Origin: a virus
Lineage: Duplodnaviria; Caudoviricetes
Reading direction: 5' to 3' (one strand)
DNA length: 64,000 nucleotides
Virus record (IMG/VR): IMGVR_UViG_3300021958_008980
Coordinates: 1 to 64,000 of that record
A program made the translations under genes and the position numbers. Below the pieces are notes generated by a model. That model made no database searches, had not been told where the DNA came from, and was given only the letters and a program-made list of their open reading frames with translations. Within the stretch, counting starts at the first letter, position 1; each line of letters begins with the position of its first letter. This document shows, in pieces, positions 9,112 through 18,353 of this stretch.

Positions 9112-9286
9112 AGAAGATCTTGAGTACAAGGAAGGTGTTGCTGTTTTCAACCAATGGAACAGACACAATAAAAAACTGGAGAAAATGGGATTGCATGGCA
9201 CGGACTACTACGTGAGAAGGGTCGAAGAACTAGAAGCAAAAGTAAAAAGATTAGAAGCAAGACTAAAAACAAAGGGGAAAAAATGA
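9092..9286 (+). CDS. small hypothetical coiled-coil protein
   Basis: 64 aa; overlaps both neighbours; GAGGAG upstream. Confidence 0.6.
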   Translation: MPKKQSKEDLEYKEGVAVFNQWNRHNKKLEKMGLHGTDYYVRRVEELEAKVKRLEARLKTKGKK

Positions 9287-9708
9287 GTACTGAGGAAATG
9301 AGAGATCAAGCATTGACAGAACAGGCCAACAAAGGTCATAAAATGATTTGGGTCACTTTTAGAAAAGAAGGCATCCACAAGTATCCAGCGGCACTGGATG
9401 ATCCCAAACTAGCAACAGGTGATGAGTATGATGTGAGTTTCCTAGGACATCCTCACAGACACATATTCCATTTCAAAGTTGCGATAGAAGTGTTCCACGA
9501 TGACCGAGACATTGAATTCATACAGTTCAAGAGATGGATGGAGAACATGTACGCAGATGGCACAATGAAACTAGACTACAAGAGTTGTGAGATGATATCA
9601 GATGATTTGTACGTGGCGATCGCAAAAAGATATCCAGGTAGGAAGATTGAAATAGACGTGGCAGAGGACGGTGAGAATGGCTCACACGCAGTATATGAAA
9701 GAGATTAA
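9283..9708 (+). CDS. queD: QueD/6-pyruvoyl-tetrahydropterin synthase-like T-fold protein
   Basis: FRKEGIHKY...HPHRHIFHFKVAIEV...DIEF and SCEMIS mirror the QueD F-x-A-A-H...H-G-H...DF...T-x-E pattern; folE and queE are in the window. Confidence 0.65.
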   Translation: MSTEEMRDQALTEQANKGHKMIWVTFRKEGIHKYPAALDDPKLATGDEYDVSFLGHPHRHIFHFKVAIEVFHDDRDIEFIQFKRWMENMYADGTMKLDYKSCEMISDDLYVAIAKRYPGRKIEIDVAEDGENGSHAVYERD

Positions 9709-10015
9709 ATTCAAAGAATCAAGGGCAACATCAAGGATGGGATACCTACCCATAGAAGGTGGTGGCCTGAATGCTTCATACACGACGGTGGACGCAGTGG
9801 CAAACATATGCACAACGGCGGGCAACCTGGGAATGAAGTATGGCAAGGATTTCATCTGGTCAGGCACAGACTGGGATGACAATGACGACGACTGTATCAC
9901 TCTGATGGTGAAGGAAGACAAGTATGAGTCCTTCTTACACCTGGCCCTGCAGAATGATCACAGGATTAAACACACCAACACGGGCCAAATCAAACTGATC
10001 AAGGAGAGAAAATAA
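9695..10015 (+). CDS. hypothetical protein
   Basis: Likely start ATG 9695; overlaps neighbours. Confidence 0.65.
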   Translation: MKEIKFKESRATSRMGYLPIEGGGLNASYTTVDAVANICTTAGNLGMKYGKDFIWSGTDWDDNDDDCITLMVKEDKYESFLHLALQNDHRIKHTNTGQIKLIKERK

Positions 10016-10437
10016 TGGACTTAAAAGAAAGTAAAACAGCAGAGAATCTTAAAGACGCTTTCGCAGGTGAAAGCCAAGCAAACAGAAGATACCTATACTT
10101 CGCACAGAAGGCCGACATAGAGGGAGCACCAGATGTTGCGGCGGTATTCAGAAGCACAGCAGAAGGTGAAACAGGACACGCACACGGACACCTGGAATAC
10201 TTGGAAGAAGTTGGAGATCCAGCGACAGGTGAGAAGATGGGTGAAACAGAAGACAACCTTAAAAGTGCTATCGCAGGTGAGACGCACGAGTACACAGACA
10301 TGTACCCAGGCATGGCAAGAACAGCCAGGGAAGAAGGATTTGAAGAAATCGCTGACTGGTTCGAAACACTTGCAAAAGCAGAGAAATCACACGCAGGTAA
10401 GTTCCAGAGAACACTGGACGCTTACAAAGGAGCATAA
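10015..10437 (+). CDS. rbr: rubrerythrin (ferritin-like di-iron domain, no rubredoxin tail)
   Basis: AFAGESQANRRY, EGETGH, AGETHEYTDMYP, AEKSH di-iron ligands. Confidence 0.92.
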   Translation: MDLKESKTAENLKDAFAGESQANRRYLYFAQKADIEGAPDVAAVFRSTAEGETGHAHGHLEYLEEVGDPATGEKMGETEDNLKSAIAGETHEYTDMYPGMARTAREEGFEEIADWFETLAKAEKSHAGKFQRTLDAYKGA

Positions 10438-10973
10438 TGAGAGTACCATACACCAACTTCAAGACTAGGATTGGCGACGATAACGCTATCGGTGGCTGTA
10501 CTTTCATAGGTGGTGAATGGAAAGAAGTTGATACTACGGAGATATTTGACAATAAGAAAGTTGTTGTGTTCGCCCTTCCAGGGGCGTTCACACCTACTTG
10601 TAGTTCTCAACAACTTCCTGGCTACGAAGAGAAGTATGATGAAATTAAAGCACTAGGCGTTGATGAAGTATACTGTTTGTCAGTGAATGACGCATTCGTA
10701 ATGAATGCTTGGTTCAGAGACGAGAAAATAGTAAAGGTCAAAGCAATAGGTGACGGTGAGGGCGTGTTCACGCAGGGAATGGGTATGTTGGTCAACAAAC
10801 CCAAACAAGGGTTTGGAATGAGATCATGGAGATACTCTATGCTAGTAGACAATGGAGAGGTTGTGAAAGTGTTCGAAGAATCTGGCAAGAACAACGCCAG
10901 CGACGACAACGATCCATTTGAAGTATCAGACGCTGACACAATGATCAACTACCTTAAGGAAAATGCCGGGTAG
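10437..10973 (+). CDS. peroxiredoxin (Prx5/Redoxin family)
   Basis: ALPGAFTPTCSSQQLPGY, SVNDAFVM, RSWRY. Confidence 0.93.
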   Translation: MRVPYTNFKTRIGDDNAIGGCTFIGGEWKEVDTTEIFDNKKVVVFALPGAFTPTCSSQQLPGYEEKYDEIKALGVDEVYCLSVNDAFVMNAWFRDEKIVKVKAIGDGEGVFTQGMGMLVNKPKQGFGMRSWRYSMLVDNGEVVKVFEESGKNNASDDNDPFEVSDADTMINYLKENAG

Positions 10974-11268
10974 TTGGGACGGTAAATCAAGACCATCTAA
11001 TGATTCCTACAGAAGGAATTTTGATGAAATATTTGCCAAAGAAAAAGAACTGACCGATATATCTATGAAACAGAGTATTGCAAACAAGAGAGAACGACAG
11101 CAGAAGAAGTCTTGTCCTTGCGGTAGATCACCAGTTGGTATATGTATCGGTTGGCACAGTCTGAGTAAAGAGCGTTACCAAGAAGAACTTAAAAAATGGA
11201 ATGATAAAACCGAGAAAGAAAAACAGGCCATTTATCATCCAAAGGCCATAGACGGTCTCGGAGATTAA
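10963..11268 (+). CDS. protein with CDGSH-like Fe-S/Zn motif
   Basis: CPCGRSPVGICIGWH. Confidence 0.55.
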   Translation: MPGSWDGKSRPSNDSYRRNFDEIFAKEKELTDISMKQSIANKRERQQKKSCPCGRSPVGICIGWHSLSKERYQEELKKWNDKTEKEKQAIYHPKAIDGLGD

Positions 11269-11589
11269 ATGTACAAACCATTACCAACTGGATTGACAAT
11301 CAAAATGTCAGATTTACAAGGACTTGGTCTGTTCGCTACACAAGACTTCGATGCAGATGTGGTGCTAGGCATAGTGCATATTTTAAATAAAAATTTTCCA
11401 CACGGTAGCATCAGGACTGCCTTGGGAGCATTCTATAACCATTCAGATGACCCAAACTGCAAGAACCAATCAGGATTCTGGCATCAACTGCCAGTGAAAT
11501 ACTTAACAACTATAAAACCAATCAAGGCCGGTGAGGAACTTACTGCCAAATACACCCTTTACAAAGATTTTGAGGACACTTGGTCGTAA
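11269..11589 (+). CDS. minimal SET-domain protein
   Basis: GLGLFAT (motif I), FYNHSDDPNC (NHS motif), IKAGEELTAKY (GEEL-x-x-x-Y). Confidence 0.88.
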   Translation: MYKPLPTGLTIKMSDLQGLGLFATQDFDADVVLGIVHILNKNFPHGSIRTALGAFYNHSDDPNCKNQSGFWHQLPVKYLTTIKPIKAGEELTAKYTLYKDFEDTWS

Positions 11590-11618
11590 AATTTTTTTCC
11601 ATGCTTACAGATATAATC

Positions 11619-11624
11619 TAAATA
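11619..11624 (+). promoter_or_regulatory. putative late promoter core TAAATA
   Basis: TAAATA-N4-ATG(11629). Confidence 0.45.
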
Positions 11625-11628
11625 CAGC

Positions 11629-12774
11629 ATGTCGAAAAAATTGCTTGAAAAAAATTTTTGTGTATTACCATGGACAGGATTCCAGTTAGAGCCAGATGGA
11701 TATGTCAAACAATGTATAATAAGCAAAAATAATTTGGGACATAGCCATAAAGAGAACATAGAAACAATACTCAAAAACAATCCTTTAAGAAAACAAATGT
11801 TGCACGGTGAATATCCCACTAATTGCGATGGTTGTTATCTACAAGAAAAACACCGAAATAAAGATTTTCAATCTATCAGTAGTAGATTGTACTACGCAAA
11901 AAATTTAGCAACAAAAATAAGTCCTGACCTCGTTGAACACGAGGATAATTTTGATCTCAAACATGTGGACCTACGTTGGAACAACATGTGCAATCAAGCC
12001 TGTGTTTACTGTGATCCAATTTACAGTAGTAAGTGGGCTCAAGAACTAGGAGTCAAAATTCCTAAAGATAAGCCTAGCCTAGACAGAGTAAAACAATACG
12101 TTTATGACAGGATCGAACACTTAGAAAATGTATATTTGGCAGGAGGTGAGCCACTTTTAATGAAACAGAACAAAGAATTTTTAGACCTTTTGCTTGAGAA
12201 AAATCCAAATGTCACCATAAGAGTTAACACAAACCTTAGTAAAACCGAGACCGGAGTATTCGAAACAATCTGCAAGTTTAAGAATGTACATTGGACGGTC
12301 AGTGTAGAAACAATCAAAGATGAATACGAATATATAAGATACCATGGTAATTGGGCGGATTTTTTGGCAAATCTTAAAATCATATCAAAGTTAGACCATT
12401 TGATTTCATTTAACATGCTTTATTTTGTGCTTAATCATCACAGTATCTTTGACTGCGTTAAATTTCTGCAGGGCATGGGATTTCATAACAATAGTTTTGT
12501 AATAGGACCCTTGTACAGGCCAGAACCACTTAACGTACTCAATTTACCAGCCCATTTGGTCAAAGAGTGCAAAGATAGGTTGCAGGAAGAAATTGATAAG
12601 AAGCCTGGTTTTCTTTTACAGAATGGCTTAGAAAACTGCCTAAGTTATTTGACTGATACAGAATTTAATGCTAATATAGAAGAAACAAAAAAAATATTAA
12701 AAAATATGGATTCACGTAGAAACATCGACAGTAAGAAAGTGTTTCCTGAATTATACCAAAAGGCTTTTAAATGA
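11629..12774 (+). CDS. radical SAM protein with N-terminal twitch/SPASM-like domain
   Basis: CVLPW...C...CDGC, then CNQACVYC and GGEP. Confidence 0.9.
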   Translation: MSKKLLEKNFCVLPWTGFQLEPDGYVKQCIISKNNLGHSHKENIETILKNNPLRKQMLHGEYPTNCDGCYLQEKHRNKDFQSISSRLYYAKNLATKISPDLVEHEDNFDLKHVDLRWNNMCNQACVYCDPIYSSKWAQELGVKIPKDKPSLDRVKQYVYDRIEHLENVYLAGGEPLLMKQNKEFLDLLLEKNPNVTIRVNTNLSKTETGVFETICKFKNVHWTVSVETIKDEYEYIRYHGNWADFLANLKIISKLDHLISFNMLYFVLNHHSIFDCVKFLQGMGFHNNSFVIGPLYRPEPLNVLNLPAHLVKECKDRLQEEIDKKPGFLLQNGLENCLSYLTDTEFNANIEETKKILKNMDSRRNIDSKKVFPELYQKAFK

Positions 12775-13937
12775 AAATATTTTACATGGGGCTCGAGTCA
12801 TACCAAGCAAGGTACACATATCAATTAACAGACTGGACGAAACGTGCATACGACAAACGTAAGATAGATTACGTGATTGTTCCAGGAGACACCATAGACG
12901 ATTCCGAGGCCATAGTCACAGGACAGGTGCTTGACGCACACGGCAGAAGTTATTTTGGCATGAGCCAGATGATGAACCTGGTCAAAATGCTGAAGGCAGG
13001 TGAAATCACAAACAAGGATGCAATATTTTTCGAGGACATGTTCCAACCGGGCATGGAATCATTACCCTACATTCTACAACAGACACCTGAGAAATACAGG
13101 CCAACCATATATTTGAGATGCTTGGCACAGGCCATAGACCCAGATGACTTTGTACACGTTTGGGGCATGAGCAAATGGATGAGTCTATATGAACAGATGT
13201 GTAATGAAATTCCAAATGTAATCATACTTGCAAGTAATGAAGAGATGGTGGCACACATGAGGATAGCCAACTGGAAGGCACCCATATACAACATATCAGG
13301 TCTGAGCTTTGGCAAGGAAGAAGTGCAATCGAGAGTTGAACAGAAACCTTTCATGCAGAGAAAAAACAGAGTGGTGTTTGGTGCTAGATGGGATCAAGAG
13401 AAGCAACCACAGTTTTTCTTGGACATGATACAAAAATTCAAAGAAAAACATCCTGAAACAGAGTTTGTGATATGTCAAGGTGGACCATTGAGATCCAACA
13501 ACGACTACTATGTAAAAGAAGCAAAGTATCTTGAGAAACAAGGATTGCTGACCATACATGAAAATTTAAAGAAAAACGAATACTACGAAATACTGGCTGA
13601 CTCAAGGGTGTTGTTCAATTGTGCATTACAGGACTGGACATCGAACACAGTGAGTGAAGCGGACGCATTAGGTTGCAACGTGCTGTTTCCGGCATACAGG
13701 TCATTTCCGGAAGTGTTCGCGAATGATCATACAAGAATGTATGTTCCATGGTCGCAGGAAGATGCAATGAATAAACTAGAATTACTATTAAGCAAACCAT
13801 CCCCTAGTATGGGTCAAATATCAGATTGGACCAATGGCACAATTGACAGGATGTTGGACATCATGACAGGCAAGGGCGAACAATGGAGAAGAGATGGATC
13901 CCACTACAGAACACCCGTTTCAGAATACAAATATTAA
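12771..13937 (+). CDS. GT-B glycosyltransferase (GT4-like)
   Basis: FGARWDQEKQPQFF and SEADALGCNVLFPAYRSFPE in the C-terminal Rossmann domain. Confidence 0.8.
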   Translation: MKIFYMGLESYQARYTYQLTDWTKRAYDKRKIDYVIVPGDTIDDSEAIVTGQVLDAHGRSYFGMSQMMNLVKMLKAGEITNKDAIFFEDMFQPGMESLPYILQQTPEKYRPTIYLRCLAQAIDPDDFVHVWGMSKWMSLYEQMCNEIPNVIILASNEEMVAHMRIANWKAPIYNISGLSFGKEEVQSRVEQKPFMQRKNRVVFGARWDQEKQPQFFLDMIQKFKEKHPETEFVICQGGPLRSNNDYYVKEAKYLEKQGLLTIHENLKKNEYYEILADSRVLFNCALQDWTSNTVSEADALGCNVLFPAYRSFPEVFANDHTRMYVPWSQEDAMNKLELLLSKPSPSMGQISDWTNGTIDRMLDIMTGKGEQWRRDGSHYRTPVSEYKY

Positions 13938-14925
13938 AGGTGTAAACAAAGCAGTGCTAGTGACCGGTGGTGCAGGTTACGTAGGCTCGCACACTTGCAA
14001 ATTGTTGGCAAAAAACGGATACCTTCCAGTAACAGTCGACAGACACTTCAGAGAAGGACTTAAATCCTATGGACCAAATCACAATTTGCACCTTCCACAG
14101 GAAATAGACAGACTGGATGAGATTATAAAAAGATACAACATCACAAGTTGCATACACTTCGCAGGTAGCACAAGTGTTCCGGAAAGTGTTGCAAATCCTT
14201 CGTTGTATTACAAGAACAATTTCATAGTCACACTGTCATTAGTGGACAAACTGATAGAGTGTGGCGTGAACACTTTCGTGTACAGTTCTAGTGCGGCCAC
14301 ATACGGTGACCCAGGATTTAGAAAATGCAAAGAAACAGATGTACCAAAACCCATCAGTGCTTATGGTGGCAGTAAACTCATGATCGAGATGATGTGTAGA
14401 GATTACATGACTGCGTACGGATTGAGCAGTGTTGGCCTAAGATATTTCAACGCCGCGGGAGCAGACCCAGATGGCGAGATAGGTGAGCTCAGAGAAAAAG
14501 AGACCCACATAGTGCCGCTTGCCATAGAGGCGGCGAGGCACGGTAAAACTTTTAAGATATTTGGAGACAAATATGATACCCCCGACGGTACGTGTGTGAG
14601 AGATTACGTGCATGTGATGGACCTGGCAGACGCTCACGTGAAAGCGTTGAATTACGCTTCGGAGAAATTGAGATCGGAAGTTTTCAATCTTGGTTCAGGT
14701 GCCCCGGCATCTAACCGAGAACTGCTAGATACAGTTCAAAAATACACAGGCAAAATGAATATCGAAGTACACGGAAACAGGCCAGGGGATCCTCCTTACC
14801 TAGTTGCAGACACGACAAAAGCAAAAAAAATACTAGGATGGGAGCCCACACAGAGTTCTATTGACAACGTGGTGGCAACTGCTGTACAATGGTATAACAA
14901 GACACACAAGAAGGAAATACAATAA
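13894..14925 (+). CDS. galE: UDP-glucose 4-epimerase
   Basis: VTGGAGYVGSH, HFAG, YSSSAATYG, YGGSK, LRYFNAAGA, CVRDYVHV. Confidence 0.93.
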   Translation: MDPTTEHPFQNTNIKGVNKAVLVTGGAGYVGSHTCKLLAKNGYLPVTVDRHFREGLKSYGPNHNLHLPQEIDRLDEIIKRYNITSCIHFAGSTSVPESVANPSLYYKNNFIVTLSLVDKLIECGVNTFVYSSSAATYGDPGFRKCKETDVPKPISAYGGSKLMIEMMCRDYMTAYGLSSVGLRYFNAAGADPDGEIGELREKETHIVPLAIEAARHGKTFKIFGDKYDTPDGTCVRDYVHVMDLADAHVKALNYASEKLRSEVFNLGSGAPASNRELLDTVQKYTGKMNIEVHGNRPGDPPYLVADTTKAKKILGWEPTQSSIDNVVATAVQWYNKTHKKEIQ

Positions 14926-15638
14926 TGAGCGAAGATATTTTGAAAGATAGTTGGATGCCTGAAACACCAATCAGTAAAAAGATAAAGGAGAGAATCAAAA
15001 AGGCAGGCAAGAGATTCCATTCAAATGACAACATCTCTGAATACATAGAAGATGGTGAGATGGATCTGTTACAAGCAGAGGTACAAGAAAAACTACAAGG
15101 TGTGTTAGACAGCCTTGTGATTGACACGGAAAATGATCATAACACGAACGAGACTGCGAAACGTGTGGCCAAGATGTACATCAGGGAAACGTTTGGTGGC
15201 AGGTTCAAGCCAGCACCAAGGGTTACGAGTTTCCCTAACATGGGTTACAAGAGCATGTACACCAGTGGTCCAATATCGATCAGATCAACGTGTGCCCATC
15301 ACTTCCAGAACATCGTGGGAAAAGCATGGGTAGGCATCATCCCTAATGGTGAAGTGATTGGATTGAGCAAGTTCAACAGGATCGTGCATCACATCGTGGA
15401 GAGACCACAGATACAGGAAGAAATGACAACACAGATCGCAGATGAATTGAAGAAATATGCTAAGACAGAGAATCTTGCAGTGGTAGTCAAAGCAGAACAT
15501 CACTGCATGACACACAGAGGTGTGAGAGAACACGAATCAGATATGACCACAGCGATAATGCTAGGTGCGTTCAAAGATGACCCAGCAACCAGAGACGAGT
15601 TTTATAAAATCTGTATGAGCATGAAGGGTCATGGCTAA
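14925..15638 (+). CDS. folE: GTP cyclohydrolase I
   Basis: STCAHH, GLSKFNR, RPQIQEEMT, AEHHCMTHRG. Confidence 0.96.
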   Translation: MSEDILKDSWMPETPISKKIKERIKKAGKRFHSNDNISEYIEDGEMDLLQAEVQEKLQGVLDSLVIDTENDHNTNETAKRVAKMYIRETFGGRFKPAPRVTSFPNMGYKSMYTSGPISIRSTCAHHFQNIVGKAWVGIIPNGEVIGLSKFNRIVHHIVERPQIQEEMTTQIADELKKYAKTENLAVVVKAEHHCMTHRGVREHESDMTTAIMLGAFKDDPATRDEFYKICMSMKGHG

Positions 15639-15936
15639 AAAAACAAAAAAACAATTAAAGATCGAGCAGGCTAACATGCAATCGGACAACATGGAAATGG
15701 CAGGTTGGAGTGAGGGTTTGAATACCGGTGGAGTTGTGACAACTGCCACTGTGAACATGGACATGGATCCAGACTTCTCGTACAGTTACGGAGAACTAGG
15801 TGACATGGGACAGTTGGACCTTTTTGATGAAATGGAATTGAGGGACAAGTATCCTGCACTGAACCAAGCATGGGAACACTATCGGAGTGTGCTAGAAGTA
15901 TGTAAAACAAAAGAAAAGGAAGAAAATGAGGATTAA
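15631..15936 (+). CDS. hypothetical acidic protein
   Basis: 101 aa; overlaps folE and guaC; ends KYPALNQAWEHY. Confidence 0.65.
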   Translation: MAKKTKKQLKIEQANMQSDNMEMAGWSEGLNTGGVVTTATVNMDMDPDFSYSYGELGDMGQLDLFDEMELRDKYPALNQAWEHYRSVLEVCKTKEKEENED

Positions 15937-16975
15937 CACAGAACCAAAACTTAATTTTGAGGACGTATTGCTACAGCCAAAACGTTCGACACTGTCCAGC
16001 AGGAGAGATGTGGACATGACTCGTAAGTTCACGTTCCGTAATTCAGGTAAGGTAATGGATTTCCTTCCCATATTCGCAAGTAACATGGATGGTGTTGGCA
16101 CATTCTCCATGGCAAAAGAAATGCAGAAGCACAAGATGATGACTGTGATAACAAAGACCACAACACCAGAACAGTGGAAAGAGGCCGCAGGCACAGGATT
16201 GAGAATGCAATCTGTATCAGTGTGTACAGGAACCAATGTGATGTGGGATCCAGAAGCACCTGATTGGGCGACCATGAATAAAGTTTTAGAAATGTTTCCA
16301 GATGTAAAGATGATAACTGTTGATGTAGCAAACGCATATCATCAGAACATGGTAGATTTCATAAAAAAAGTTAGAGATGAATACCCAGACAAGGTCATCA
16401 TAGCAGGTAATGTTGTCACACCTGAAATGACGGAAGAATTAATCATTAATGGTGCTGACGTGGTCAAGATAGGCATAGGACCAGGATCAGTTTGTACAAC
16501 AAGGACAATGACCGGTGTAGGAGTACCTCAATTTAGTGCAATAGTTGATTGTTCAGATGCCGCGAACGGTGTCGGTGGACACATAATGGCGGACGGTGGT
16601 TGCGTGTACCCAGGTGATATAGCAAAAGCATTCGGTGGCGGAGCACACATGGTCATGATAGGTGGCATGTTGGCAGGGCATGATGAATCAGAACAGCCGG
16701 TAGTGGATGGCAAGGTAGAATTTTATGGAATGAGCTCAGATAGGGCTCGTGAGAAACATGGTAAACGTAAAGACGGATACAGGGGCAACGAGGGAAGACT
16801 GATATCATTGCCACACAGAGGACCTGTTGAACCAACATTAGAAGACATACTGGGTGGAGTGAGGAGTGCCTGCACATACATAGGTGCGAGAAGACTCAAA
16901 GACATGGCCAAGTGTGCCAGTTTCGTTACGACCAACAACGTGATCAACAGGGTATATGAGCGATACACCAAATAA
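15926..16975 (+). CDS. guaC: GMP reductase (type 1)
   Basis: DVLLQPKRS, SNMDGVG, GIGPGSVCTTR, ADGGC, FYGMSS; 349 aa, no CBS domains. Confidence 0.93.
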   Translation: MRINTEPKLNFEDVLLQPKRSTLSSRRDVDMTRKFTFRNSGKVMDFLPIFASNMDGVGTFSMAKEMQKHKMMTVITKTTTPEQWKEAAGTGLRMQSVSVCTGTNVMWDPEAPDWATMNKVLEMFPDVKMITVDVANAYHQNMVDFIKKVRDEYPDKVIIAGNVVTPEMTEELIINGADVVKIGIGPGSVCTTRTMTGVGVPQFSAIVDCSDAANGVGGHIMADGGCVYPGDIAKAFGGGAHMVMIGGMLAGHDESEQPVVDGKVEFYGMSSDRAREKHGKRKDGYRGNEGRLISLPHRGPVEPTLEDILGGVRSACTYIGARRLKDMAKCASFVTTNNVINRVYERYTK

Positions 16976-17288
16976 CATAGAACCAATCAAAGAGAAACTG
17001 GACGACAAGATCCGGAAACTGAACTCATCAAGGGTGATCAAGAAAGTTACACCCAAGGGGGACCTCTCTTGGTACGTGAAATGGGTCTCTGTGTTCTTTA
17101 TATTAGTGGCCACGGCGGCCAGAGGTGTTGGCACCATACCACACATAGACATGTGGTTTGGACTAGTAGGCACAGTGGGTTGGGCATGGGTTGGATACCT
17201 TTGGCACGACAGGGCACTGCTGTTCCTTAACGCAATACTTGTGACATTGTTAATAATGGGTTTAATGAATTACTATTTTGGAATATGA
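16956..17288 (+). CDS. small membrane protein (DUF6552-like)
   Basis: SWYVKW...GWAWVGYLWHDRALLFLN; three hydrophobic helices. Confidence 0.65.
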   Translation: MSDTPNNIEPIKEKLDDKIRKLNSSRVIKKVTPKGDLSWYVKWVSVFFILVATAARGVGTIPHIDMWFGLVGTVGWAWVGYLWHDRALLFLNAILVTLLIMGLMNYYFGI

Positions 17289-17749
17289 GCGAAGAAGTTA
17301 AAAAGAATTATTTCACTACAGGACAGATGCGTAACGCACTGATCCAGATAGAGGACAAGATGGTTCACTCAAACTGGATGCCATCGGTCATACTTGGAAT
17401 CAATCGGGGTGGATGCATACCTGGAGTGTACCTTTCCCACAGGTTGAAGACTGCACACGAGGTGCTGGACATCAGATTGAGGGATCACACCGTCAAGCCT
17501 GACCTACGCACATTAGAAAAAGCATTCGCATTCCAAAAGAAGATATTGATCATAGACGACATAAACGATTCCGGAGCCACGTTCCAGTACATACTTGACA
17601 ACTTCGGCAAAAGAGAAGATCGTATTAGATTTGCCGCACTCATAAACAACAAGCCTAGTAAGGTCAAAGTAGATTACCACGGGTATGAGATCAACAAAGA
17701 CGAAGCACCCGCTTGGATAGTCTTCCCGTGGGAACAATGGGACAAGTAA
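17285..17749 (+). CDS. type I phosphoribosyltransferase (xanthine/guanine PRT-like)
   Basis: GINRGG, LIIDDINDSGAT PRPP loop, WIVFPWE. Confidence 0.9.
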   Translation: MSEEVKKNYFTTGQMRNALIQIEDKMVHSNWMPSVILGINRGGCIPGVYLSHRLKTAHEVLDIRLRDHTVKPDLRTLEKAFAFQKKILIIDDINDSGATFQYILDNFGKREDRIRFAALINNKPSKVKVDYHGYEINKDEAPAWIVFPWEQWDK

Positions 17750-18273
17750 TTACATCAATAGCACCAAACTTCTATAGGATCACTGATGTGTTTTCTGACA
17801 GTGTGTTAGATCAATTAAAAGCACAATTCAAAGACAGAACCAGTTGGGAGAAGCAACCAAACATCAAAGGCACAAGACTTGCATCTGTCCCAAGCCTGGA
17901 TTTACAAAAATCGCTAAAGTACGAACATCTTCTGCCGGTTAAAAAGTTTGTTGAATCTGTTTTAAGTCAACAAGTTTATTGGAATGGTCCTGTTATATGG
18001 CACGATCCAATCGGATATGTTAATCAATGCCACATGGATCAGTCGGAAAACTTGACCGTAAACCTTCAGGTTTATCTATCTGACGGTGCTGACAAGCAAG
18101 GCACACATTTCAAATACAACGACACCTGGTACTCTGTCCCGTATGAATGTAATACTGGATACATAATGTTCTACCCAACCAAGCACGAACACGGAATGAA
18201 ACATGAATCACTCGCAGTAAGGCAGTCATTGTACCAATCCTTTCGACTCACAGAAGCGGAAAAGGCTTGGTAG
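17737..18273 (+). CDS. 2OG-Fe(II) oxygenase superfamily protein
   Basis: HMD (HxD), NLQVYL, GTHF, distal HGM and RQSLY; probable start ATG 17737. Confidence 0.75.
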   Translation: MGQVITSIAPNFYRITDVFSDSVLDQLKAQFKDRTSWEKQPNIKGTRLASVPSLDLQKSLKYEHLLPVKKFVESVLSQQVYWNGPVIWHDPIGYVNQCHMDQSENLTVNLQVYLSDGADKQGTHFKYNDTWYSVPYECNTGYIMFYPTKHEHGMKHESLAVRQSLYQSFRLTEAEKAW

Positions 18274-18291
18274 TGTGTATCAAAAGTTGTA

Positions 18292-18320
18292 TTGACCTTA
18301 TTCCACAAAACTGCTAAAAT
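18292..18320 (+). promoter_or_regulatory. sigma70-type promoter
   Basis: TTGACC-N17-TAAAAT, then an AGGAG RBS before ATG 18354. Confidence 0.75.
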
Positions 18321-18353
18321 TACGTACATTTAAATTAACCTATAGGAGATTAA

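Noticed and set aside
15926-16975. IMP dehydrogenase (guaB)
   Set aside because: Its length, absence of CBS domains and N-terminal DVLLQPKRS...SNMDGVG pattern fit type 1 GMP reductase better.
18274-18353. preQ1 riboswitch upstream of yhhQ
   Set aside because: The leader after the -10 box is only about 30 nt and lacks the preQ1-I stem/AGAGGTTC-type core and A-rich tail.
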